Shown here: positions 19,505 through 27,337 of the stretch, one piece after another
Layout of the letters: every line of letters starts with the position of its first letter
How positions within the stretch are numbered: the first letter of the stretch is position 1
Assembly: GCA_946616385.1 (NCBI GenBank)
Contig: CAMOIZ010000001.1
Span: forward strand, 1 to 37,237
Direction: 5' to 3'
Source of the DNA: an uncultured Bacteroidales bacterium
Lineage (GTDB): Bacteria > Bacteroidota > Bacteroidia > Bacteroidales > UBA932
DNA: 37,237 nucleotides
Position numbers and translations under genes: made by a program
The notes under the pieces: generated by a model
The model's database searches: none
Told to the model about the DNA's origin: nothing
Seen by the model: only the letters and a program-made list of their open reading frames with translations

Positions 19505-20701
19505 TTATCTTTCGTTATAAGTTAATAATGCTTTTTCGAGGATGTTCAATGCACGTTCGAGTGCATGAACTTCCAGGACATAGGCCACTCGGACCTGGTT
19601 GCGCCCCATTCCGGGAGTGCCGTAGAAAGGTTCCGCAGGAGTAAGCATCACGGTTTCTCCGTCGAGGCGGAAATCCGTAAGAAGCCATTTGCAGAAAGCG
19701 GTAGCATCGTCTACCGGCAATTCCGCAACCGTGTAGAAGGCCCCGTCAGGCTTGGGGGAGAATACTCCAGGTATGCGGTTGAGCCTGTCTATGGTATAGT
19801 TCCTGCGGGCAATATATTCCTCGCGAGTCGCCCTGAAATAATCGGGAGGACAGTTGATGGCACCGATCGCGGCGACCTGACCGAGTACAGGAGGGCAAAG
19901 ACGCGCCTGGGCGAATTTGGTAATCAGTGCCATGAGGTCCTTGTTCCTGCTCACCAGGGCACCTATACGGGCTCCGCAAAGATTGTATCGCTTGGATGCT
20001 GAATCGATCAGTATCACATTGTCGTCCATGCCTTCCAGCTGCAAGGCCGAGAAGTAGGGTTCTTCAGTATAGCAGAACTCACGGTAGGCCTCGTCGGAAA
20101 TGAGGAAGAGGTCGTGAGCCCGGCAGATATCCGCAATCGAGAGTATATCCGATTTGCTGTAAAGAACGCCGGAGGGATTGGACGGATTGCAAATGAGGAT
20201 GGCTTTGGTGCGCGGAGTGATGTGCGCCTCGATTTCGGCGGCGGAGGGGAGAGCGAACCCTTTCCTGATATCGGTATGCACCGCAACCACCTTCACTCCG
20301 TTCATCTTCGCCAGCGTATTGTAATTGCAATAGTAGGGCTCCATTACCAGGACCTCGTCACCCGGATCCGTGGCGGCATGGAAAACGAAACTGAGAGCTT
20401 CGCTGCCGGCCGTTGTGATCAGCACGTCGTCTACACCGACGTTGATCCCGACGCTGGAATAATACTTGGTGCAGAGAGCCGTACGCAATTCAATCATTCC
20501 TGCAGAATTGGAATATGCGAGGTGGTCGAACTTGAACCCGGCAAGCGCTTCCAGAGCGGAATCAGGAGACTTGATGTCCGGAGCACCGATGTTCAGGTGA
20601 TAAACTTTAACGCCGTCAGCCTTCGCCTTGTCGGCGAATGGCGTGAGCATCCGAATCGCAGATGCCGGGATGGCGGGTGCAGATCTGGAAATTGCGGGCA
20701 T
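19505..20701 (-). CDS. Class I/II PLP-dependent aminotransferase (aspartate aminotransferase-like)
   Basis: HLNIGAPD, CNPSNPSG, ISDEAY, SASKRY..CGARIG, GAFY, VRVAY. Confidence 0.92.
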   Translation of the reverse strand: MPAISRSAPAIPASAIRMLTPFADKAKADGVKVYHLNIGAPDIKSPDSALEALAGFKFDHLAYSNSAGMIELRTALCTKYYSSVGINVGVDDVLITTAGSEALSFVFHAATDPGDEVLVMEPYYCNYNTLAKMNGVKVVAVHTDIRKGFALPSAAEIEAHITPRTKAILICNPSNPSGVLYSKSDILSIADICRAHDLFLISDEAYREFCYTEEPYFSALQLEGMDDNVILIDSASKRYNLCGARIGALVSRNKDLMALITKFAQARLCPPVLGQVAAIGAINCPPDYFRATREEYIARRNYTIDRLNRIPGVFSPKPDGAFYTVAELPVDDATAFCKWLLTDFRLDGETVMLTPAEPFYGTPGMGRNQVRVAYVLEVHALERALNILEKALLTYNER

Positions 20702-20704
20702 GGA

Positions 20705-21010
20705 TCAGTCTTCTATCTGGAACAGATTCAGGAAACCGGTCATCATGAACACATTGCGGATGTCGTTGCTGATGCCTTTCACTATTACCTTTCCGCCTTT
20801 GGCCGCGGCCGCTTTGCGGAGAGTAAGGAATATTCTGAGTCCGGAACTGGAAATGTAATCCATCTTGCTGCAATCCAGCACGATGGTTCCTCCGGCGTCA
20901 TCCTGCACGCCTTCCAGTGTTTTACTGACCTCAAGCGAAGCCGGAGTATCCAGCCTGCCAACAAGTTCCACGATCGTAATGCCGTCTTTTTTATTGATAT
21001 TCACTTCCAT
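20705..21010 (-). CDS. STAS domain protein (anti-anti-sigma factor, SpoIIAA/RsbV-like)
   Basis: 101 aa; GRLD, VLDCSKMDYISSSGLR (phospho-acceptor Ser motif), VFMMTGF. Confidence 0.93.
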   Translation of the reverse strand: MEVNINKKDGITIVELVGRLDTPASLEVSKTLEGVQDDAGGTIVLDCSKMDYISSSGLRIFLTLRKAAAAKGGKVIVKGISNDIRNVFMMTGFLNLFQIED

Positions 21011-21013
21011 ATA

Positions 21014-23209
21014 TCAGATAGTTTTAGTCATGAAAAGAATGTTTTTGTCACCATCGCGCTTGTATTCTACGCTGTCCATGATTTTGCGTACGAGGAAGAT
21101 TCCCAGGCCGCCTATTTGCCTTTCTTCGACTCCAAGGGTGGTGTCGGCTTCAGGGGCCGCGGTAGGATCGAATGGCGTGCCGGAATCGCTGATGATGAAC
21201 TCCAGCTGATTGCTGCGAATTATTGCTTCGATGTCCACAAGGCCGTCGGTCTTGGGAGGGTAGGCATACATGATGACGTTGGTAACCGCCTCTTCCAGAG
21301 CGAGATTCAGATTCATTGCGCAACCCTGGTCGAGTCCGGCTTCGTCGGCTATGGTCTCCACGAATTCCGCCAACTGGGGAATCTGCTGGATGTCGTTGTG
21401 GAGGATCAGATGCCTTTCCTTCTGGTCGGGCAGCGACTCGGGCAGGAAATGGACGAAGAGCATGGTCATGTCGTCGCTTTGAGGAGCGTCACCCACGAAC
21501 TCGCGAACGGCTTCCTTAATGGCAACCATCTGATCGTCGGAACTGCGGCGCGTGGAAAGCACTTTGTCCATCCTCTTTTCGCCGAACAATTCGTGAGAGA
21601 GGTTTTCCGCCTCGGTAAGTCCGTCGGTATAAAGGAACATGGCATCGTCGTAATGCAAGTCGATCTCCTGTTCCTTGAAGTTGAAGCCCGGCATCACGCC
21701 GAGAGGCAGGTTGGCCTCGACCGGCAAAGGACGCTTGGCGTCGGTAAGCAGGATGGGCGCATTGTGCCCGGCGTTGCAGTATTTGAGATGTCCGGTGGCA
21801 AGATCGAGGATTCCTATGAAGAAGGTCACGAACATGTTGCTCTCGTTCACCTCCGACATGGAATCGTTCATGGTGGTGAGGATGCGCTGAGGAGATGACT
21901 CGTGCGCGGAAACCGTGCGGAATAGACTCCTGGTGACGGCCATCACCAATGAGGCGGGCACACCCTTGCCGCTCACGTCACCTATGCAGAAAATAAGTTT
22001 CTCGTCGCGGATATAGAAGTCGTAAAGGTCGCCGCCGACCTCCTTCGCGGGGACTATGGCTGCAGAAAGGTCGAGATCCTTCCTCTCCGGGAAAGGAGGG
22101 AAGATCTTGGGGATCATCGACATCTGTATTTCGCTGGCAATGTGGAGTTCGCTCTCGATGCGTTCCTTGCGGTCGTTGAGATCCATGAACTTCAACTGAT
22201 TGACCATCAGAGCCCTGAGTATGAGAATCAGCATCAGCAGACCGAGCAACTGGAGAAGTTTCACGATCAAGCCCATCCTGCGGATGTTGCCGTAGATCTC
22301 GGAATCAGGCACCATTATCGACATCGACCAGCCGGTTTTCTCGACAGGGGCGTAGAAGATGTGGGTGACATCTTTATTGTAACGGATGACTGCGCTGCCA
22401 CGTTCACCGGCGAGCATCGAACGGTTGACCCCGGAGAAGGCGGATGTGTCGTCCATGTCGGCGATCACCTCCTGTGCAGTCCTGCGCATGACCAGCGACT
22501 CCGCGGGGCAGACCATGATCTGGCCACTGCGGCTGATCATCATGCTGTAGGCGTTGGGATAAACCTGCACGTTGCCGACAAGATCGGTAAGCCAGTCGAG
22601 CGAGATGTCGGCGGTTAGAACTCCGGCGATGCGCCCGTATCTGTCACGCAGGGGATAGGAGTAGGTAGTCATCAGGATATCTCCGCCACCCACGTCGATG
22701 TATGGCTCTGACCAGTATCCGCACTGCTCTTCGAGAGGTTTTATGAACCACTCCTGAGCGGGATAATTGTATTCGTCGGTTGCAAGGCTGGAAACCCGTA
22801 TTCCGGTTTCGCCGGGGGCCTGAAAACAGTAAGGCGAGTAGAGGGGATGCTTCTTGTCGTATCCGGGCACCAGGGCGATGGTGGAACCGACGATCACGGG
22901 ATTGTTCTCGACGATGCGGCGCGAAACGGCATAGAGGCTGTCCGGCGTTTCTAGGGCCCACTGGGCGAGCCAGATGCTGTTCCGTACTGCGACCTCGGCC
23001 TGGTCGACGATGTTCACGATCTTGAGTTTGGTGGCTTCCAACTGGCTTTCGGCACGCCTCGTGGCCTCTTCCTTGATGCCCTTCTGCGAGAAATAGTACT
23101 GCACTATCCCCGTGGCCTCAAGGGTGATGGCGGCTACGATTACCAGAAGCAGACCGGCCCTTGCCGATTGCTTCAGGAAAACCTTGTTGACGGAATCTTT
23201 CAGTTTCAT
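21014..23209 (-). CDS. Membrane sensor fusion: dCache domain + SpoIIE/RsbU PP2C phosphatase + RsbW-like HATPase_c kinase
   Basis: TM - Cache (WF...WSEPYID...TADIS) - TM. PP2C motifs VGGDLYD, IGDVSGKG, FVT, NAGH, YTDGLTEA, SDDMT. GHKL motifs LEEAVTNVIMYAY, DSGTPFDP, GGLGIFLV. Confidence 0.92.
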   Translation of the reverse strand: MKLKDSVNKVFLKQSARAGLLLVIVAAITLEATGIVQYYFSQKGIKEEATRRAESQLEATKLKIVNIVDQAEVAVRNSIWLAQWALETPDSLYAVSRRIVENNPVIVGSTIALVPGYDKKHPLYSPYCFQAPGETGIRVSSLATDEYNYPAQEWFIKPLEEQCGYWSEPYIDVGGGDILMTTYSYPLRDRYGRIAGVLTADISLDWLTDLVGNVQVYPNAYSMMISRSGQIMVCPAESLVMRRTAQEVIADMDDTSAFSGVNRSMLAGERGSAVIRYNKDVTHIFYAPVEKTGWSMSIMVPDSEIYGNIRRMGLIVKLLQLLGLLMLILILRALMVNQLKFMDLNDRKERIESELHIASEIQMSMIPKIFPPFPERKDLDLSAAIVPAKEVGGDLYDFYIRDEKLIFCIGDVSGKGVPASLVMAVTRSLFRTVSAHESSPQRILTTMNDSMSEVNESNMFVTFFIGILDLATGHLKYCNAGHNAPILLTDAKRPLPVEANLPLGVMPGFNFKEQEIDLHYDDAMFLYTDGLTEAENLSHELFGEKRMDKVLSTRRSSDDQMVAIKEAVREFVGDAPQSDDMTMLFVHFLPESLPDQKERHLILHNDIQQIPQLAEFVETIADEAGLDQGCAMNLNLALEEAVTNVIMYAYPPKTDGLVDIEAIIRSNQLEFIISDSGTPFDPTAAPEADTTLGVEERQIGGLGIFLVRKIMDSVEYKRDGDKNILFMTKTI

Positions 23210-24036
23210 AATATGGAGGCTAGGGCCGCCCTGAATTCAGGCATCGGCCGTTTTGTGTCCCGTTCTATGATAATGGTCTTGAGCCCGGCATAAGGGCGTA
23301 TCAGTTCTTCGGCCTCCGCTATGCTTGTGCCTTCTCCGAAATAAGCCGGCACAAAACTCTGCCAGAACCTGATGGAAAGGGACTTAGGCATGTGGAAAGT
23401 CTCCTTGATAAAGGCCTCGTCGCTCAGGCAGCAGCAAACGAACACCATCCCTAAGTCGAAAAGGTGATTTCCGTAGCAGAAATCGCCAAGGTCGATGAAA
23501 TAGCGCTTGTCGCCGGCAAATATCGCATTGCTGAACTGAAGGTCGCCATGGATGGCGGTGGATTCGTCGGGAGTATCGGATATGAACTTGCCTATCTTGT
23601 CTTTTTCGGCACTGCTGAAGAAAGGATTAGCGGCAAGCAGGCGATAGTAGCGATCCTTGACGTTCTCAAACTGGGTGGTATCTACCTTGGTTGCGTGCAG
23701 CCCGAGGCACATCCGGGCGAATTCGGATGCGAACCGGTCCAGTTTTTCCGGTTCGTCCGCAGTTGCCCTGGAATAGGACTTCTTTCCAAGTATACGGTGG
23801 AAACGGATGCCGTAGCGTCCGTCTTCTGTGACCACGTATTCTCCCGGTTCGGGCGTTGGAATGCCCAGGTCATAGACCTTGCGGGCAAGCAGCATCTCAT
23901 CCAGCGGCTGCTGAATCTTGCCGGGGAAGTACAGCTTGAGCATCACGGACGGGTCCGTCTTGTGATCGTAGCTTTCGCCGTTTGCGCCTCCTCCCGAGAG
24001 GACATAGTCGTCGAGGGAAATTTTCAGTGCTTCCAT
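23206..24036 (-). CDS. APH/choline-kinase-fold phosphotransferase (TIGR02172-like)
   Basis: Gly-rich loop GGGANGESY, LKLY lysine, catalytic HGDLQFSN, metal-binding IDLGDF, FDLG. Confidence 0.85.
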   Translation of the reverse strand: MEALKISLDDYVLSGGGANGESYDHKTDPSVMLKLYFPGKIQQPLDEMLLARKVYDLGIPTPEPGEYVVTEDGRYGIRFHRILGKKSYSRATADEPEKLDRFASEFARMCLGLHATKVDTTQFENVKDRYYRLLAANPFFSSAEKDKIGKFISDTPDESTAIHGDLQFSNAIFAGDKRYFIDLGDFCYGNHLFDLGMVFVCCCLSDEAFIKETFHMPKSLSIRFWQSFVPAYFGEGTSIAEAEELIRPYAGLKTIIIERDTKRPMPEFRAALASIL

Positions 24037-24602
24037 ACCTGATTGATCAACGATTCGAATTCTTTGAATGCAAAAGTGTCGCTGAGATCACGGAGTGAAT
24101 CAGCGAGTCCACGGTAATGCCACTCGTGGTCGGCGGGATCCTTAGCGTGGAAAATGTTCCAGAAGGCATCTCCCATCACTGCGTAGTCCCTTGCAATGGC
24201 TCGCATGTTGGAGAGTTTGTCGCCCAGAGCGACGATCTTGGCATCGTGAGAGGCGCCGGCAAGACGGTCGATGGCCGCCTGCTTGCGGCTGCGCCAGCTG
24301 TCTTCCTCGCTCACGCCCTCTTCGAAAACATCGCTCTCCGAAGCCACCAGCCCGGCAATTCTAGGCCCGAATTCGCTGCGTAGTTCTTCGACTGTCACAT
24401 CGGTATCTTCCACGACGTCGTGAAGCACGGCGGCGGCAAGCAGTTCCTGATCGGAGGTCATGGTGGCCACTATCCCTGCGGCCTCCATGGGATGAATGAT
24501 GTAAGGGAACCCCTTGCCCCTGCGCTCGGTACCGGCGTGGGCTTTAACCGCGAAGATCGCAGCGCGGTCGAACAGGGAAGTGTCGAGATGCTTATTTGCC
24601 AT
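24024..24602 (-). CDS. Small alarmone hydrolase (Mesh1/SpoT-type HD domain)
   Basis: AH...R...PYIIHP, LHDVVEDT and DKLSN are the RSH hydrolase motifs; stand-alone 192-aa protein. Confidence 0.9.
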   Translation of the reverse strand: MANKHLDTSLFDRAAIFAVKAHAGTERRGKGFPYIIHPMEAAGIVATMTSDQELLAAAVLHDVVEDTDVTVEELRSEFGPRIAGLVASESDVFEEGVSEEDSWRSRKQAAIDRLAGASHDAKIVALGDKLSNMRAIARDYAVMGDAFWNIFHAKDPADHEWHYRGLADSLRDLSDTFAFKEFESLINQVWKH

Positions 24603-25233
24603 AATTGATATAGTTCAATATCAGTTCCACGGCTCCGTCCTCGGAGATATTGTCCATGTTGATTACGAGGTCGTAATTGCGGGAGTCGTAGCGGCTCTTG
24701 CCGGAATAGTGCGATACATAGTTCTCGCGCATCTTGTCGACCTTCGCGATCACTTCTTCAGCCTCTTTTTCACTGAGGTTCTGCTTCTCCATCACACGCT
24801 TGACACGGTTGACAGGCGATGCGGTGATGAACACGTCCACCTTGTTGGGGCAGTTCCTGAGCACGAAGAAACCGGAACGTCCGGCAATCACGCAAGAGCC
24901 TTCCTCGGCAAGTTGCATGAGGATTTCGGATTCTATGCGGAACACTCTGTCGCCAATGGTTTCGGACTGATAGATGTTCACCGTGGATCCAATCGCACCT
25001 GCCTGCGGCACAGGACTGACCTTCTCGAGAATGTCGGTGAGCCAGTTCTTCTTTTCGCCCTTGATCCTTTCTATGTTCTCGACCGAAAGGCCGAAAGTGT
25101 CGACCAGTTTGTCGATGAGCTGCTTGTCGCAATAGCGTACACCGAGTTTTTCGGCAAGCTTGCGTCCTACGGTACGTCCTCCGGATCCGACTTCGCGGCT
25201 GATGGTGATGACAAATTTTTCGTTGGTGTTCAT
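24592..25233 (-). CDS. Cytidylate kinase-like family P-loop protein
   Basis: ITISREVGSGGRTVGRKLAEKLG, GSCVIAGR, D..R..Y, YDLVIN match the Cytidylate_kin2-type pattern. Confidence 0.88.
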   Translation of the reverse strand: MNTNEKFVITISREVGSGGRTVGRKLAEKLGVRYCDKQLIDKLVDTFGLSVENIERIKGEKKNWLTDILEKVSPVPQAGAIGSTVNIYQSETIGDRVFRIESEILMQLAEEGSCVIAGRSGFFVLRNCPNKVDVFITASPVNRVKRVMEKQNLSEKEAEEVIAKVDKMRENYVSHYSGKSRYDSRNYDLVINMDNISEDGAVELILNYINYGK

Positions 25234-25243
25234 ATTCTGTAAA

Positions 25244-26299
25244 CTATTGGTTCATGAAAGGTAGGTCTTTGGCCTGTTCCATAAGTAATTCGGCCATGAA
25301 TTCGTTGCTTTCGGATTCTCCGTTGAGAGCGTCGAACAGGCGCTTGATGCCGGCCTTGCCCCATCCCATCTTGAGAATATAGGCGATGCAGAGGTCCTGC
25401 GGGCCGAGCGACGAGGATATGATGTCGAGGTCGGTAAGACCGATCTGGTAGCAGGCAATCTGGTAGGCACCGTCGGAAAAGGCCTTGATGAGTTTGTCGA
25501 TATCTCCCAAAGTCTTGAAATTCAAGGCCTTGAATACGGAAAGATACGGCATGAGGGATGTATCCTGAATCTCCGCCTGGTTCACGGCGGCAATTTTGCG
25601 GTTCAGCGGAGTGAAAGGCTCGAGGTCCAGATAGCTGCGGAACGTGTCGCCGTCGAGGGGGACCTCGTCCAGATTTCCGGAAGCGACCAACGCCTGAACC
25701 CTTCGGCGGTAATCGGTGAGTTCGGTGCGTATCAGACTGAACTGCTCGTCCACCAGTTCAAGCATGCCGGCAAGACGGCTCAGGTTGCGTAGATACTCTT
25801 TCGGTACCTCCACGCCGCTCTTGTAGCCGGTGTCGTGGTTCATGTTGGCCCAGGCATGCTGCAGGACTGTACGCATCTGTATTTCGAAACGGTAGGGGAA
25901 ACCCTTCACCGAACAGATGTAATGCAGTGACAGATAACCGAAGCTGTCGATTTCGTGAAGCTTGCGCTTGTCGACACTGTTGTCCCAGTCGACATCGAAA
26001 AGACGCTCTACGGCAGAGGCCACCTTGTCGACATCGTCGATGTAGAAAGTGATTACCCGCAGGCCCAGGATGTCGGTGATATCGGCGAGGGACTTGTATT
26101 TGGAACCCTTCAGCTCAAGTTTCCCGGCAAGGGATTCTTCGCTCTTGACCCTGTATTCGATAGCCGCCACAAGCAGACCGGCCTCGGCGAAAGTTTTCTT
26201 CAAAAGGTCGTAAACTTCCGTAGCCGTGTTGCGGAAGGAGGGGAGATTGTCGCGATATTCCTCGAGAATCGCCTGACAGTGTGGATCAAGTTGAGTCAT
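25244..26299 (-). CDS. Small alarmone synthetase (RelA/SpoT nucleotidyltransferase domain) with ~150-aa C-terminal extension
   Basis: RVKSEESL..K, DILGLRV, GYLSLHY and FEIQMRTVLQHAWA...HD.GYK form the complete synthetase motif set. No HD, TGS or ACT domains. Confidence 0.92.
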   Translation of the reverse strand: MTQLDPHCQAILEEYRDNLPSFRNTATEVYDLLKKTFAEAGLLVAAIEYRVKSEESLAGKLELKGSKYKSLADITDILGLRVITFYIDDVDKVASAVERLFDVDWDNSVDKRKLHEIDSFGYLSLHYICSVKGFPYRFEIQMRTVLQHAWANMNHDTGYKSGVEVPKEYLRNLSRLAGMLELVDEQFSLIRTELTDYRRRVQALVASGNLDEVPLDGDTFRSYLDLEPFTPLNRKIAAVNQAEIQDTSLMPYLSVFKALNFKTLGDIDKLIKAFSDGAYQIACYQIGLTDLDIISSSLGPQDLCIAYILKMGWGKAGIKRLFDALNGESESNEFMAELLMEQAKDLPFMNQ

Positions 26300-26307
26300 A
26301 TAACCTA

Positions 26308-26333
26308 CAAATTTAATAAAATGCTTAATTTTG
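26308..26333. promoter_or_regulatory. Divergent -7 promoter elements (TAAATTTG on - at 26308-26315 for the alarmone operon; TAATTTTG on + at 26326-26333 for mntP)
   Basis: Both match TAnnTTTG inside a 48-bp AT-rich gap. Confidence 0.65.
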
Positions 26334-26347
26334 CAAAAAAAAGATTG

Positions 26348-26926
26348 ATGTCATTTGTCGAAATACTGCTTGTCGCCATCGCCCTGGCCATGGACTGTTT
26401 CACGGTTTCGATCGTGAGCGGAGTCATTTCGCGCAAAGCGGCATGGGGGCCGGCACTGAGGATGGCCTTCCTGTTCGGTCTGTTCCAGGCACTCATGCCG
26501 GTCGCAGGATGGCTGGGCATTCACTTCTTCCAGGGATGGATAGAGTCATTCGACCACTGGATAGCATTCGGCTTGTTGTCATTCGTGGGAGGCAAGATGA
26601 TTTACGACTACTTCAAAGGGGAAGATGAAGTCGGATTCAATCCGAACAGCCTGCGCGCCCAGGTCGCCTTGGCGATCGCAACCAGCATAGACGCCCTTGC
26701 AGTGGGCATTTCCATGGCTTGCTCCGGTTATTCAACGGTAAGCACTCTTTACTTGCCCATCTTCATCATAGGGATTGTTTCATTCCTGCTGAGCATCTCC
26801 GGGTACTTCCTGGGCATACGATTCGGCAACTCCGTCGCAAAGCGCCTGAAACCGGAACTTCTCGGGGGACTGATCCTGATTGCAATTGGAATCAAGATCC
26901 TTCTGGAGCATCTGCTCTCTATTTGA
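26348..26926 (+). CDS. mntP: Manganese efflux pump MntP
   Basis: Real start MSFVEILLVAIALAMDCF (ATG 26348); FQALMP..GW, DHWIAF, ATSIDALAVG, ELLGGLILIAIG. Confidence 0.9.
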   Translation: MSFVEILLVAIALAMDCFTVSIVSGVISRKAAWGPALRMAFLFGLFQALMPVAGWLGIHFFQGWIESFDHWIAFGLLSFVGGKMIYDYFKGEDEVGFNPNSLRAQVALAIATSIDALAVGISMACSGYSTVSTLYLPIFIIGIVSFLLSISGYFLGIRFGNSVAKRLKPELLGGLILIAIGIKILLEHLLSI

Positions 26927-27284
26927 TTTTCTCCTTCAGGTGTTTATGTGAAGGATAATTGCCGATGTCGCCAAGAGCCTTGCGGCGCGCCTCATAGTAC
27001 TCATGACGGGCGGGATTCTCGGGGAACCAGCCGCGAAGCACACGCATCTCCTGCGAAAGGATTTCGTGAATGCCCCAGAAACAGGAGAAAGCCGCGGCTC
27101 CGAGTATCGTAGACCAAATCAGATTGCCCACGAACAGGGACCAGGCGGAAAAAATGCAGCCGGCGAGAGCAAGCACCCACCAACTCTTCTTACCCCAGTA
27201 ATACTCCATTTTTATGACAACGGGGTGGCAGATTCCTATGATTACGAAAACTGCGGCGCCAACAATAATACCACTGAAATTCAT
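26919..27284 (-). CDS. DUF4491-like small membrane protein
   Basis: MNFSGIIVG..F..IG..HP.VIKMEYY.G...W; WGIHE; RV..GWFPENP. Start at ATG 27284. Confidence 0.75.
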   Translation of the reverse strand: MNFSGIIVGAAVFVIIGICHPVVIKMEYYWGKKSWWVLALAGCIFSAWSLFVGNLIWSTILGAAAFSCFWGIHEILSQEMRVLRGWFPENPARHEYYEARRKALGDIGNYPSHKHLKEKIK

Positions 27285-27288
27285 GCAG

Positions 27289-27316
27289 CAAATATAAAGA
27301 GATTTTCTTATATTTG
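27289..27316. promoter_or_regulatory. Divergent -7 promoter elements (TATATTTG on - at 27289-27296; TATATTTG on + at 27309-27316)
   Basis: Both match TAnnTTTG in a 53-bp gap between divergent ATGs. Confidence 0.65.
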
Positions 27317-27337
27317 TAGCTTGTAGTAAAAGTTCGC

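Noticed and set aside
20114-21898. 594-aa + strand ORF and similar long antisense ORFs (3868-4968, 4983-6158, 9602-10690, 12484-13788, 27533-28828, 35047-36144)
   Set aside because: Each mirrors recognisable genes on the opposite strand, has no family motifs, and is explained by codon bias suppressing antisense stops.
23206-24036. Aminoglycoside resistance gene
   Set aside because: Shares only the APH/choline kinase fold motifs; the signalling-operon context and lack of mobile elements give no support for a resistance call.
20705-26299. Calling the module an anti-phage defence island or prophage cargo
   Set aside because: No integrase, transposase, phage or recognisable defence genes nearby, and it is fused to housekeeping genes. 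A defence role is not excluded but is unsupported here.
25955-26347. N-terminal extension of the MntP ORF (323 aa)
   Set aside because: Overlaps the SAS gene on the opposite strand and spans the promoter; MntP homology starts at ATG 26348.
26300-26347. yybP-ykoY Mn riboswitch upstream of mntP
   Set aside because: Only 48 AT-rich bp are available, with no suitable stems.
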